Part shown: positions 22,615 to 32,847 of the stretch, in pieces
How the letters are laid out: the number at the start of each line of letters is the position of its first letter
How positions within the stretch are numbered: position 1 is the stretch's first letter
Assembly: GCA_963578475.1 (NCBI GenBank)
Contig: CAUZCL010000019.1
Span: 8,148 to 72,147 of the forward strand
DNA length: 64,000 nucleotides
Direction of reading: 5' to 3'
Origin: Acidobacteria bacterium bin61
GTDB lineage: Bacteria > Acidobacteriota > Vicinamibacteria > Marinacidobacterales > SMYC01
Notes under the pieces: model-generated
Told to the model about the DNA's origin: nothing
Seen by the model: the letters and a program-made list of their open reading frames with translations, nothing else
Databases searched by the model: none
Position numbers and translations under genes: made by a program

Positions 22615-22904
22615 GCGCCCCAACTACGTGTTGAGTCCTTCGGGCTCGCTGGTTTACGTCCCAGCACGCACCGCCGCTTCCGTACAACAGCTCGTTTGGG
22701 TGGAACGTAACGGTGAAGAGGAGCCGCTGCCCTTCGAGCCAGGCTCGTATCGGATCCCTCGACTCGCGCCCGATGGGTCTCGCCTCGTCTATGACGATTG
22801 TTGCCATCAAGCCGAACCTCCCGTCGGTGATCTCTGGATCTATGACTTGGCCAGCCGAAACGCGAACCCGCGCCGATAGATTCGACGACTTCGTACTGGC
22901 CGAG
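22615..22904. pseudogene. Two Ser/Thr kinase family fragments in opposite orientation
   Basis: Plus strand: SGSLVYVP..QLVWVERNG..PRLAPDGSRL..DLWIYDL. Minus strand 22867-22904: LGQYEVVESIGAG (kinase N-lobe start). Confidence 0.65.
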
Positions 22905-22941
22905 TCCCTTTGTCCGCCGCGCTTCAGAGTTCGCCGATGCC

Positions 22942-23319
22942 ATGGCGCGAGGCGACGTCGGCCACATCATGCGGGTGCTTTCACCTCCCGGGCAGTCGCC
23001 GACCCAGGAGCAGATTGACGCGATGAACCGGGACATCGGCTCGCGAAATGATGCGCAGGCGCTGGCCGCCGTCCTCCGCGCCCAGGATTTTGTCGACTCG
23101 GTCGACGAGCTTCGAGCCAACAAGGTGCCAACGCTCGCGCTGATCGGAGAAATCGACCCCAACAGGAAGTACGTCGATGCAATGGTCGGGGTTATGGCAA
23201 ACCTCACGGTCGTCGTCATACCGGGAGCGAACCATGGGGCCGCGATCCGAGATCCTTTATTCCTGGAAGAGCTACTAAAATTTCTAGCGAACCATCGCCA
23301 GTCGACAACCGACGACTAG
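22942..23319 (+). pseudogene. Alpha/beta hydrolase C-terminal fragment
   Basis: VPTLALIGEID...VIPGANHG; nucleophile motif absent. Confidence 0.6.
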
Positions 23320-23385
23320 TGCTCGTCTTCGCCGACTCAACTGAACCGGCCTCCCGGTGGTACCATCGAATGTGGTGGGAGATCG

Positions 23386-24357
23386 ATGATCGTCGATTGC
23401 GCAGTATATAAAGAAGGACGGCGGTTGCCGGGGGACTTCACGCCGGAGGCAGCTTTCCGGAAAAGTCGCGACGACGACGCCTTCGTGTGGATTGGGCTCT
23501 ACGAGCCGACGGGCGAAGAATTCGAAGAAGTCCGTCGAGAGTTCGACCTCCATGAGTTGGCAGTGGAGGATGCGATCACGGCGCATCAGCGGCCGAAACT
23601 CGAGAGCTACGACGATTCGTTGCTGATCGTTTTGAAGCCTGGCCGTTACGTCGACTCCAAAGAGGTCGTCGAGCTCGGAGAGATACTGGTCTTCCTAGGA
23701 GCCGGCTTCATCGTGGTGGTGCGCCACGGGGAAACGGCCGGGCTTCAAGAAGCGCGTCGATCGCTCGAGGCCCGACCGGATTTTCTTGCTCTCGGGCCCA
23801 GTGCTGTCCTCCATGCCATCGTGGATCGTGTCGTGGACGACTACGGGCCGGTCGTGGACGGTCTCGAGCAAGACGTCGACCAAGTAGAGGAAACCGTTTT
23901 TTCGGGCAAGCGAGCCAACCCGACAGAGCGCATCTATTATCTGAAACGGGAGGTGATCGAGTTCCGCCGAGCGACCGCACCCCTATTGAACCCGCTCAAC
24001 CATTTGGCGACACGGACCATGCCTCATGTGGACGAGGATGTGCAAGAGTACTTCCGTGACGTCTACGATCATTTGTTGCGGGTCAACGAGCAGGTCGAAG
24101 GCTTCCGCGATCTCTTGACGAGCGTTCTCGAAGCGAACCTGACACAGGTGAGCGTGCGGCAAAACGAGGACATGCGCAAGATCTCGGCCTGGGTGGCGAT
24201 CGCGGTGGTGCCAACCATGATCGCCGGTATTTACGGCATGAACTTCGAGTACATGCCGGAGCTTCAGTCCACGTTTGGATATCCCGCGGTGTTGGGGTTT
24301 ATGGCTCTGGCGTGCTCAGCGCTGTACCTCTTCTTCAAACGTCGCACTTGGCTGTGA
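23386..24357 (+). CDS. corA: Magnesium/cobalt transporter CorA
   Basis: LHELAVEDA..HQRPKLE, GIYGMNF signature, two C-terminal TMs. Confidence 0.95.
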   Translation: MIVDCAVYKEGRRLPGDFTPEAAFRKSRDDDAFVWIGLYEPTGEEFEEVRREFDLHELAVEDAITAHQRPKLESYDDSLLIVLKPGRYVDSKEVVELGEILVFLGAGFIVVVRHGETAGLQEARRSLEARPDFLALGPSAVLHAIVDRVVDDYGPVVDGLEQDVDQVEETVFSGKRANPTERIYYLKREVIEFRRATAPLLNPLNHLATRTMPHVDEDVQEYFRDVYDHLLRVNEQVEGFRDLLTSVLEANLTQVSVRQNEDMRKISAWVAIAVVPTMIAGIYGMNFEYMPELQSTFGYPAVLGFMALACSALYLFFKRRTWL

Positions 24358-24424
24358 GGCCGTCCGGGTCAGCAACCGCGTGCTGGCTTGCGCATGAAGC
24401 CTTCGCACATGGATCCATTCGCCG

Positions 24425-24673
24425 CTAATTGTCGTTCAGGCGAAGTTCGGTGGGGAGGCCGATGCCTTCGAAGTCGAAATAACCTCGATTCAATGCTTCG
24501 ACTTCGCGTCGTCGCGCTTCTCGGAAAAGCGGATACCTTTCTTCGTCGTAGCGACAGGCTTCACAAATTTGCTCTGCGTTGAATGTGCTTCCGAAGGTTT
24601 TCACGCACGGATGCTGGCAGCGTTCGCACTTTGGAGTGAATGTCATCCCTACCCCTAGCTCCGCATTATTCAT
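24425..24673 (-). CDS. Small CxxC...CxxC zinc-finger-like protein
   Basis: CERC..STFNAEQICEAC..E..YP..AR..EVEALNRGYFDFEGIGLP; compact and protein-like. Start could be either Met. Confidence 0.65.
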   Translation of the reverse strand: MNNAELGVGMTFTPKCERCQHPCVKTFGSTFNAEQICEACRYDEERYPLFREARRREVEALNRGYFDFEGIGLPTELRLNDN

Positions 24674-24795
24674 GAAAACCGGACGCTCGTCAATAGAGGG
24701 CGCTGGCTGTAGTAGACGCCGAGCTCAAACAGGCCGTCTTCTGGTACGTTACGGGCACGCGCGTAAGCAGTTAGAGCCTCGTATAATAATTGTAG

Positions 24796-24963
24796 GAGTC
24801 CTATCAGATGCTGACTAGCTGAGGAGCTCCTGGGTATCTGACAGGGAACTCATCCTCATAGACAGTCTGATCTGGCACCAGCGCCGGCCGGCGCATTCCA
24901 GCCTCAAAAGGTTGTCATACGCAAGGCCTGTACTGCCAGCTGTGTCTATCGAGGCGAAGACTG
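24796..24963. ncRNA. Candidate structured RNA (two long stems plus a multi-branch junction), unassigned
   Basis: Stem 24796-24812/24832-24851; stem 24854-24864/24943-24954 closing CTGGCA/TGCCAG with internal hairpins. Pairing read by eye only. Confidence 0.4.
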
Positions 24964-24983
24964 ACCAGAGTGGGAGCAACCTA

Positions 24984-25874
24984 ATGGAACGAAAGATAGG
25001 ACGATTGGTCTTGGAAGTCTTTGTCGTCGCCAGTTCATGTCTGCTGGCTGCTGGTTGTGGCGGCAATAACGATGCTGCTTCGCCGCTTGCGCCGAGCAGC
25101 ACGTCCCCCGAAACCGCTGGCGCTAGTGCGAGCCCGGGAATCGAACCTGGCGCGCGGTTCGTTGTCGATATCGTGTCGGCGCGTGGGGCGACCTTGAAGA
25201 CGGTCATCATCGCACCGAACGGAGTTGCACGGGCTGCGGTGATACTGCTCGAAGGTGACGACGGCACCATCGACCTCGGCGGGACGTCAGACGATCCCGA
25301 CATTCAGAGCGAAGGCTTTCTCGCACGCAACGCCGACGCCTTCGCGGCCGAGGGGTTATTGGTGGCCCTCGTCGGAGCTCCCTCGGATTACCCAGACGGT
25401 GTCGAGCCCAGCTACCGGATAAGCGCGCAGCAGAGCGACGACGTGGCCGCCGTCGTCGCATGGGTCGACGCCAGGGCGTCACTGCGTGTCTGGGTGCTCG
25501 GGATGAGCCTTGGAACCTTCTCCGCGACCAACTCGGCGATCCGCCTAAACGGAGTGCTCGACGGCTTTGCGGTTTGCTCGGCTTCCACGGCTCCAACCGG
25601 CGGTCCCATGCCTAACGGGATCCTCGACATGGATCTCGTCCAGATAACCATGCCGGCGCTGGTCGTTGGCCATCAAGACGACGCCTGTCCCGGCACGCCA
25701 GCGAGCGGCGTCGCCGCCGTCGCCGCCGGCCTGACCTCGGCTGCGCCCGTTACCCAAAGGGTTTTTACCGGCGGCTCTCCCCCGATGTCCCAGGAGTGCG
25801 GGCCCAAGTCGCCCCACGGCTATTTCGGCATCGACGATCAGGTAGTGACCTACATGGCGGGTGTCATGCGATAG
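24984..25874 (+). CDS. Alpha/beta hydrolase lipoprotein
   Basis: Lipobox LAAGC; GMSLG nucleophile, HQDDAC, C-terminal PHGYFG. Confidence 0.82.
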   Translation: MERKIGRLVLEVFVVASSCLLAAGCGGNNDAASPLAPSSTSPETAGASASPGIEPGARFVVDIVSARGATLKTVIIAPNGVARAAVILLEGDDGTIDLGGTSDDPDIQSEGFLARNADAFAAEGLLVALVGAPSDYPDGVEPSYRISAQQSDDVAAVVAWVDARASLRVWVLGMSLGTFSATNSAIRLNGVLDGFAVCSASTAPTGGPMPNGILDMDLVQITMPALVVGHQDDACPGTPASGVAAVAAGLTSAAPVTQRVFTGGSPPMSQECGPKSPHGYFGIDDQVVTYMAGVMR

Positions 25875-26412
25875 TCCCATTGTCACACCCGCTTAGAATG
25901 GAGACGATCGAAGTCGCGCCAACCATTGCGTAATGCCTTGGCCGTTCGAGAGCCTCGTGTCGCTTTATCTATGGAGTCGACGGGGCTGAACTGTAGTCCT
26001 GGGAGTTCTTGATGCGTTCGAGCGTCTCCAACAAGTTCCCTGTTGACTCGAATGGCCAGTCGTGGCCCCGCCCCATTTCGCGTGCCCGCGCGCCGAGAGC
26101 ACCCATGAAGCGGTGGAACTTGCGAACGGCTGACAGCGTATCGAGTCCCGTGAATCGACATTGCTGCTCCTCGAGAAGGACGTCGATGGCATGGAGAAAG
26201 CGGATATCGTCTGGGGGGGAAAGGCCTGCGGGGTCGTTCAAGCGTTGTCGTTCGCCTTCGATGGGGGGGCCATCCGTGCGGGCACAGTTAATGAAGATCC
26301 GGACGACGTCACGACCCGGAGTTACGTTTCGGCGGGCTGCGTATCCGATAAATCCCAAGCGTTCTACCTCGCAGGACTCTCTAAGACTACCCACGGCGCT
26401 CCATTCGCCTTC

Positions 26413-26745
26413 TCACGGTTCGGAGTCCGCTCCGAGACGGGTCAGGAAAACCTTCATTTCTTTCACGGTCTGCAAATCTCCGGCCTCGAGACCCAAAGCG
26501 ATACCATCTTCATAGGCACGTCGGGCCTCGTCCTTACGGCCCAACTCCTCCAAGGATTTGCCCAACTGACGATATGCCGCCGTGTAGTTGTGCTTGACGC
26601 GGATGGCCGCTTCAAAGCTCTCAACGGCGTCCGCGAAGCGGCCGCTTTTCGAGAGCTCGTTTCCAAGCCCGTAATGAAGCATCGGATCTCCTGGATCCTT
26701 GGCAAGGAACTCCTGGAACTTTTGAATTCGGCTGTCGTCGGCCAT
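26413..26745 (-). CDS. Small TPR protein
   Basis: DPGDPMLHYGLGNEL...YTAAYRQLGKSLEELG...GDLQTVKEM. Confidence 0.85.
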   Translation of the reverse strand: MADDSRIQKFQEFLAKDPGDPMLHYGLGNELSKSGRFADAVESFEAAIRVKHNYTAAYRQLGKSLEELGRKDEARRAYEDGIALGLEAGDLQTVKEMKVFLTRLGADSEP

Positions 26746-27028
26746 GCTTTTTTCCCGGAAGGCGATTGGGCGTCTCGGCCAAAGTGGACGGGACCCGTAT
26801 AAGCGTACTGCCCAACCGCGTTATCGGCTGCACAGGTGTCTCTAGGCTTCTTCAGCAGCTCACGGAAGGCGCGACTCAATATATACTAAAATTTGCATTC
26901 ACGATACATGAGCGGTCAACGCTGCGCGTCGAGTTTTCTCGGCGTCGGCCGTTACAATCGTCGTTTTCACATCCTACAACTTGCGAGTCGAGGGGGACGA
27001 CGTCGAAGTCGAGATACCCTAGGAATTC

Positions 27029-27367
27029 ATGAGTAAGTTGATTCAGGAAAAGTGCGTCGCTTGCCGACGCGCCAAAGCTCAACGACGCAGAGATCGCGCA
27101 ACTGAAGCCCGAAGCCCCGGAGTGGCAGGTCCTGGCTGAGGAGGCCACCCGCGCCTCAACCGCGTCTTCAGCTTCAAGAATTTCGCCGAAGCGCTGGCGT
27201 TTACCCAGAGGGTCGGCGAGCTGGCTGAAAGCGAGGGGCACCATCCAGCGATCCTCACCGAGTGGGGTCGCGTAACGGTCTCGTGGTGGACCCACAAGAT
27301 TCGGGGCCTACACCGCAACGATTTCATCATGGCCGCCAAGACCGATGCCTTTTACGGGGTGCACTGA
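27029..27367 (+). pseudogene. phhB: Pterin-4-alpha-carbinolamine dehydratase, frameshifted
   Basis: MSKLIQEKCVAC...[50 protein letters not shown] needs two frameshifts. Preceded by a Rieske-like tail (RVEGDDVEVEIP*). Confidence 0.85.
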
Positions 27368-27398
27368 TGATCGGCGAGGCGTGTACACGCCATGCGGC

Positions 27399-29060
27399 TC
27401 AGAGCTCCGGCGGCCATCGATTAACCGTAATGGCTTTGATGTCTCTTGCAGGATCAAATCCACCATCCGCCAGCATCGCGCCAAGCTGGCTTCGAATGTT
27501 TCGCTCGAACGTCTCGAACGATGTGCCAAGCAGCTCGTAGCGCCCAGCCCGGAACTGCTCGGCGCCCGAGCCCTTGCCGGGCAGCGGAATGCGGTACATA
27601 TGAACCGTGATTGGCTCTTCAGGCGATCGTGCCGACACGTAGTCTTTGAAGCGAAGCGGGTAAGTTAGCCGGATATCCGAGAAATAACTGCCCGGGCAGT
27701 AAGCGGCAAATATCCCGGTTTTCTCGAACGCCGTCCAGTTGCGGATGAGCACATTGGTCGATACCAGCGGCATCCGGATCGTGCCTCGCAACGCCTCTTG
27801 TTGTACCGCCGGTATTTCCGGGCACATGTAGGGTATGACCGAGTGGTAAGAAGCCATGACGCAATAACGTGAGCGCATGCGTTTGCTCGTGTCGCCTTCG
27901 ACATAAGTGAGCTCGACTTGTTTGGCCGTATCCGGATCGCCTAAGTGCCGTGCATGAACCGCGGTTGCATGCAGGCGTATGCGAACCGGCGCGTCCTTAC
28001 GATCGAGCTCGGCATAGTCGAACTTCGCCGAGATAATGTCGTGCATCGAATTGCCGGGCGCGACACCGGGAATCATTTTTCGCACGAGCATTCGGGCAAC
28101 GGATGCATTGCCATCCGGGAAATGAAAGTCCTCTTTGTAACTGTGTTCCTGCCCGTCGTCGGAGCGTTCGAGCTCCTCGGAAAGCCCCAGGCCCGCCGTT
28201 CCCGGCAAGCCATAACGAAACGCCGCGATCGATGGTGTCAGGTCTGTGCCGTTGCCCATGTAACTGCCACGCCACATCCATAAAAAATCGAGGACCTCCC
28301 GGCTAACGCCGACGATGTTCGTCGGGAAATCCATGTAGTCGATCGCCGGCAGCGTGGAGAGTTGTTCTTCTTTCGACTTACCCGGCAAGTATTCACGACC
28401 ACCACAAAATAGCTCGAGAATTTCCTCACGCGCACCGGTGGAGAGCGGTGTCCTGGCCAGGAAAGCCGTCACGGCGTCTTTGTCACCTACCGACATTTCA
28501 AGCTCGGCGGGCAACGTCACATAAGCCGGTTGCTGCGCGCTCTGTGGGATGCCGGCCTCGTCGACAACGAGTTTGTCTGCACCGAAGGTTTCCTTGTCGA
28601 AGAATATTCCGCAGCGCAGGTTCTGTGAGGGGTACAGGTCATGGTCGAACACATCGCGCGCGAGGCTGGCATCAATGCCCAGCTCGTCGAGCAGCGCCTT
28701 TGCCGCGTTCGGATATCTCCAAGGCGCCTCGATATATTCGGTGCCTCCAAGATCGACCAGTGTGCGGCCCCCGAAGTGGAATTGGTTGCGCGTGGCGTGA
28801 CCGCCGAAGTCATCGTTGTTCTCGATGATCAAAACGCGCGCATCGGGTCCTGCTTCTTTTCGAAAAAACCAGGCTGCCGCAAGCCCACTAATGCCGCCAC
28901 CGACCACCACCAGGTCGTACTCCTCACCGGTATCGGTCGAATCCGCAGGATCGTCAAATGTTTCACCGTCCCGCATCCGATGTGCCACCTCGAAGGAGCC
29001 CGGATGACTGCCGCGCATGCCGTCCCGTGTCGGTGGGTAGTAACCTGGCGCGATGGCAGA
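27399..29060 (-). pseudogene. Spermidine dehydrogenase (SpdH)-like flavoprotein, truncated at both ends
   Basis: YYPP..GMRGSHPGSFEVAH, GGGISGL, DDFGGHA, HFPDGNASVAR, FDPARDI.ITVNRWP. No Tat leader, and the C-terminus after NRWP is lost. Confidence 0.78.
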
Positions 29061-29109
29061 CGGTTTCGACCCACAAATTCTGAGGAACACCCGAAAAAAC
29101 AGAGACTCT

Positions 29110-29150
29110 TTCTCCTGCCGTTTCCTGAGTTTCCTGCGATTCCTGCCTTC
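29110..29150. repeat. Short tandem (T)TCCTG units at 9-10 bp spacing
   Basis: CTCCTGCCGT TTCCTGAGT TTCCTGCGA TTCCTGCCT, just upstream of the spdH 5' breakpoint. Confidence 0.5.
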
Positions 29151-29286
29151 TTCTTTGCGCGTCGGGTTCGAGCACCGAAACTACCTAGAGAACCCAATTT
29201 TCTCTCACGTCCAGTGTTCTGATTTCGCCGACGTCGCACACATCGAGTCACCTACTTCTCGAGCGCGGTCCGATGTTGCGCCCGAA

Positions 29287-29510
29287 TCAGGGCTCGAACC
29301 GTTCCCAACAGTCCCGGATCTTGCTCATGAGCTCTTGGAACTTGGCGCTCTCGCGTATCAGTCCGAGATTGGGGTCGTGCTCGCTCAGAAACGGATAGTT
29401 GATGAAGCCGCGTCGCAGAGAAGCATTCTCGAGGCACTCGACCGCCGGCTCGTCCTGCCCGAGCAGGGCGTAGCCCACGGCGACGCTCCAGGATATATGC
29501 TCGTCCGTGT
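29287..29510 (-). pseudogene. C-terminal fragment of a TPR-type Ser/Thr kinase or regulator
   Basis: YALLGQDEPAVECLENA..RGFINYPFLSEHDP.L..IR....FQELM tail. Confidence 0.6.
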
Positions 29511-29616
29511 TAAAATGCCCCCAACTGGCGTTTGTCAAGACCACGCCCCTTCAACTCGTCACTATCTTGAAAAAGAATCTGGCAGGTCAACACCCACGAT
29601 ACAAGTACGCTCGCGG

Positions 29617-30435
29617 TCACTTCACGGTCACGATACGAAAGCCCGGCGTCCCGTATCGTGCCTCGCCCGTGATGGTGAGAAGATTCGCCGAGATTCGAGC
29701 CTCGCCGCTTCCATGTGTATGTCCACACAAAACCGTGACTTCAGTATCCGGAAAGTCCCGCGCCCCCTCGCTCAACATCTCTCCCATCGCCTTGCACGTG
29801 AAACCCGGAAGCCACGCATCGTCCGAGATACGGCCTTCATGCCAGCAAGCTTCCCGAAACGGCGGGACATGTGTCAGCACGAGGACCTCGTCGAATCGCT
29901 CGAGAGCCTCTCGATAGAAGGGCAAGAGCGTCTGCGCCGCTTCATCTCCGAGCTCCCCGAGCTTGCGCTGAAGCGCCGGCAGGTTGTTCATGACGGCGAG
30001 AGGGTGGCCGTCACCCGTGGACTCACGAAGTTCCTTGATCACGAAGTAGTCATTCAAGAGTGCAGGCTCTTCGAAGTTCCCAAAGCGCGCGTCACCCCAC
30101 CCTCCATGCCCAACCAGAGCGGTGTGCTCGCTGAGCTCGACGACCCCGGCACGGGGAAGCCACATGGCGCAGGACGTGTCGAGAGTCCGCATCCGCTCCC
30201 GCACGCTCGCGATGTCACCGCCGTAGTAGTCGTGATTTCCAAGGACGAAATAGACCGGCCGGCGCACGCGCTCGGAAACGAAATGCAGCCACGTCTCGAT
30301 GTTGTTGGCTTCGGCGATATCGCCTCCGAGCAACAACACTTCCGCTTCCGAATCGCCAATGTCGGCACAGAACGCCTCGTCGACCGCCTCGCTCGCGTGG
30401 CTGAGGTGAACGTCGGTGGCCCAAGCAAGCTTCAT
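29617..30435 (-). CDS. Calcineurin-like metallophosphoesterase
   Basis: TDVH, GGDI, LGNHD, THVPP, CGHTH. Confidence 0.9.
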   Translation of the reverse strand: MKLAWATDVHLSHASEAVDEAFCADIGDSEAEVLLLGGDIAEANNIETWLHFVSERVRRPVYFVLGNHDYYGGDIASVRERMRTLDTSCAMWLPRAGVVELSEHTALVGHGGWGDARFGNFEEPALLNDYFVIKELRESTGDGHPLAVMNNLPALQRKLGELGDEAAQTLLPFYREALERFDEVLVLTHVPPFREACWHEGRISDDAWLPGFTCKAMGEMLSEGARDFPDTEVTVLCGHTHGSGEARISANLLTITGEARYGTPGFRIVTVK

Positions 30436-30472
30436 AGGGAGCCCGCGCTTTGCCGGTCGGTCAGCGATGGCG

Positions 30473-30889
30473 TTACTTCGCCGCTTGGATCCGCTCGAGA
30501 AAAAGCCGCGCCTGCCCCGTTCGGAAGCGGAGCTCGACCTTTTCCGTCGTGTTGTCGTCGAAGTCGGCGGCATCGTAGGCGACTTTGAGCTTTGTCCCTT
30601 TTTCGATGGAGCAGTCGAGCAGACGCAGCCGTGCGACGTCGAGCGGGACGTTGATGAGCGGTCGGCTGATCGAGAACGCGGCGAAGCGGAGTCCGGTCAC
30701 GACGAGGGAGCCCGTGAACCAGTTGTAGCGATAGCCCGAGCGCCTCGTCGGCGAGCGATAGTTGCGAAGCGTGATGGTTCCGCCGAGGCCCTCGTCGAAG
30801 AGCACGATCCCTTCGCTCTCCAGTATCGGGCGCATCGCTTTGGGGAGCTGTCCCCACCCGAAAAGCCGGTAGAAAAGCGTTTTCTTCAT
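30473..30889 (-). CDS. Hypothetical protein
   Basis: Protein-like composition, codirectional with its neighbours and filling the gap between serA and the phosphoesterase. Confidence 0.6.
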   Translation of the reverse strand: MKKTLFYRLFGWGQLPKAMRPILESEGIVLFDEGLGGTITLRNYRSPTRRSGYRYNWFTGSLVVTGLRFAAFSISRPLINVPLDVARLRLLDCSIEKGTKLKVAYDAADFDDNTTEKVELRFRTGQARLFLERIQAAK

Positions 30890-30951
30890 CCATAAACGGG
30901 TTACCAACCTGGCGCCGCTCGTGACAGCGACACTGTTCTACGTTCGGGGGC

Positions 30952-32847
30952 TCAATACAAGACACGGAAGTAGATCGTACGGGGCACTTTCTTGAGCTCT
31001 TCGATCACCCGCGCCTGGTATTTCTTGCTGACGTCGGTGATGACGTAGCCCATGCGCTCGTTGGTCTTCAAGTACTGTCCCAGAATGTTGATCTTGTGCT
31101 CCGCCATGACTTGGTTGATGGCGGCGAGGACGCCGGGCTCGTTTCGGTGAATGTGGATGAAGCGATGAGCACGCCGCAAATCGGGTAGCTGCACGCCGGG
31201 AAAGTTGACGCTTCCGAAAGAATTTCCCGAATTAACAAAAGAGATGAGCTCGTCGGAGACGAACGCGGCGATGTTCTCTTGGGCTTCGCGGGTGCTTCCG
31301 GCGATATGGGGCGTCAAGATCACGTTCTCGAGCCCTTGAAGCGGCGAGGAGAACGGACGGTCTTTCCCGGCAGGCTCTTCCGGAAACACGTCCAAGCCGG
31401 CGCCAGCGAGGTGTCCGCTCCGGAGCGCCTTGGCGAGGGCGCTGACGTCGACGACGAAGCCGCGGGACAGATTCAGAAAGAGAGCGCCCTTTTTCATCAT
31501 GCGAAGCTCGCGCTCGCCGAAGAGCTCGTGGTTGTATGCGCGGCCATCGACGTGGATAGTGATGATGTCGGCCCGCTTCAAGAGATCCTTGAGCGAACGG
31601 CATTTAGTCGCGTTTCCAAGAGGGAGCCGTTCGACGATGTCGTAGTAATAGACATCGAGACCCATGGCTTCCGCAAGAACGGAGAGCTGGGAGCCGATAT
31701 TGCCGTATCCCACGATCCCGAGCTTCTTGCCGCGGATCTCGAACGCGCCCGCCGCACTCTTGTTCCAAACACCGCGATGCGTGGCGGACGACTTCTCGAG
31801 AACTTTCCGCGCGAGCATGATGATCTCGCCGATGGCGAGCTCCACGACGCTCCGCGTGTTCGCGTAGGGAGCGTTGAACACGATGACGCCGTGCTCCGAG
31901 CAGGCGTCGAGGTCGATTTGATTCGTTCCGATGCAAAAAGCGCCGATGCCTTTGAGCTTGGCAGTGGATTCGAGAACGCGCCGTGTGATGCGCGTGCCTG
32001 ACCGGATGCCAAGCAGCGTGACGCCGTCGAGCTCCTGAATGAGCTCGTCTTCGCTCAACCCAGCGGGTAACTTGCGCACCTCGTAGCCTTCTTTGTCGAA
32101 ATGCTTCTGTGCGGCGCCGTGGATGTCCTCCACCAACAAGACGCGGATCCGCGTTTTGGGGTAAGAGATCGACATCGGGAAGTCATGGATGTAGAGAAAC
32201 TCGTCGAGGCTCGGCAACACGTGGTCGGCGATCTTGACGACGGGCTCGCGCCGCGCGCTCTCGGTAAAGGCGTAAAAGCGCGTGGCGAGCCCGGCCTCGC
32301 GCATCTTGACGTCGCTGTAACCATCCCCGATCACATAAATCTCGCCATCGAGCTGCAGTTGACGGAGTACGCGTGCTTTGCCGTCTTGATGGATCAACGG
32401 GCTCCGGGAGTCGAAGCCGACGATGTTGTCCTTGGCGTCGAAGAGAAACTCATTCGCGAAGACATGCGCCTCGGAGATACCCAGGCTCTCGACGACCGGG
32501 ATGAGGAGCTCGCGAAATCCGTTCGAGAGCACGTAGATTTGATTCTTGTACTTCTTGAAGAAAGCTTTGTTGCGCTTCACCGAAGGAGAGATCGCGCGCT
32601 TCAAGACACGGACGAGCGCGTCGATATGCTTTCGGTGCGCGTCGAGAAGCTCGATGCGAAGCGCAATCCCCTCCGCCATCGACATGCCGCCCGTGGCGGT
32701 GAGCTCGGTGATGCGCTCGACTTCGTGAAGACGCTCCGTGCGCTCGGGATGCGATTTGAGAGAAAGACGCGCGAGCTCGGGAAGGGTTTCCACCGAGACG
32801 AGCGTGCTATCGAAATCGAAAACGTAATGTCGCCGGTCGCGCGTCAC
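30952..32847 (-). CDS. serA: Fused HAD phosphoserine phosphatase / D-3-phosphoglycerate dehydrogenase (with ACT domain)
   Basis: N-terminal FDFDSTL, LSNGF, IGDGYSD; C-terminal FCIGTNQ, GYGNIG, TPHIAGST, HRNEPGVL. Confidence 0.93.
   Translation of the reverse strand: MTRDRRHYVFDFDSTLVSVETLPELARLSLKSHPERTERLHEVERITELTATGGMSMAEGIALRIELLDAHRKHIDALVRVLKRAISPSVKRNKAFFKKYKNQIYVLSNGFRELLIPVVESLGISEAHVFANEFLFDAKDNIVGFDSRSPLIHQDGKARVLRQLQLDGEIYVIGDGYSDVKMREAGLATRFYAFTESARREPVVKIADHVLPSLDEFLYIHDFPMSISYPKTRIRVLLVEDIHGAAQKHFDKEGYEVRKLPAGLSEDELIQELDGVTLLGIRSGTRITRRVLESTAKLKGIGAFCIGTNQIDLDACSEHGVIVFNAPYANTRSVVELAIGEIIMLARKVLEKSSATHRGVWNKSAAGAFEIRGKKLGIVGYGNIGSQLSVLAEAMGLDVYYYDIVERLPLGNATKCRSLKDLLKRADIITIHVDGRAYNHELFGERELRMMKKGALFLNLSRGFVVDVSALAKALRSGHLAGAGLDVFPEEPAGKDRPFSSPLQGLENVILTPHIAGSTREAQENIAAFVSDELISFVNSGNSFGSVNFPGVQLPDLRRAHRFIHIHRNEPGVLAAINQVMAEHKINILGQYLKTNERMGYVITDVSKKYQARVIEELKKVPRTIYFRVLY

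Noticed and set aside
24745-24780. Possible integron attC site
   Set aside because: No matching RYYYAAC/GTTRRRY pair and no integrase.
24872-24939. Cloverleaf as a tRNA or tRNA-Sec
   Set aside because: No TTC T-loop, no D-loop GG and no 7-nt anticodon loop. Kept only as part of the unassigned RNA candidate.
25883-26400. Possible disrupted minus-strand gene
   Set aside because: Partly protein-like, but I recognise no family and cannot fix its boundaries.
29053-30588. 511-aa plus-strand ORF and similar long antisense ORFs (8920-10221, 37488-38603, 39248-40576, 51983-53311, 53420-54661)
   Set aside because: Shadow frames of real genes in high-GC DNA, with no motifs.
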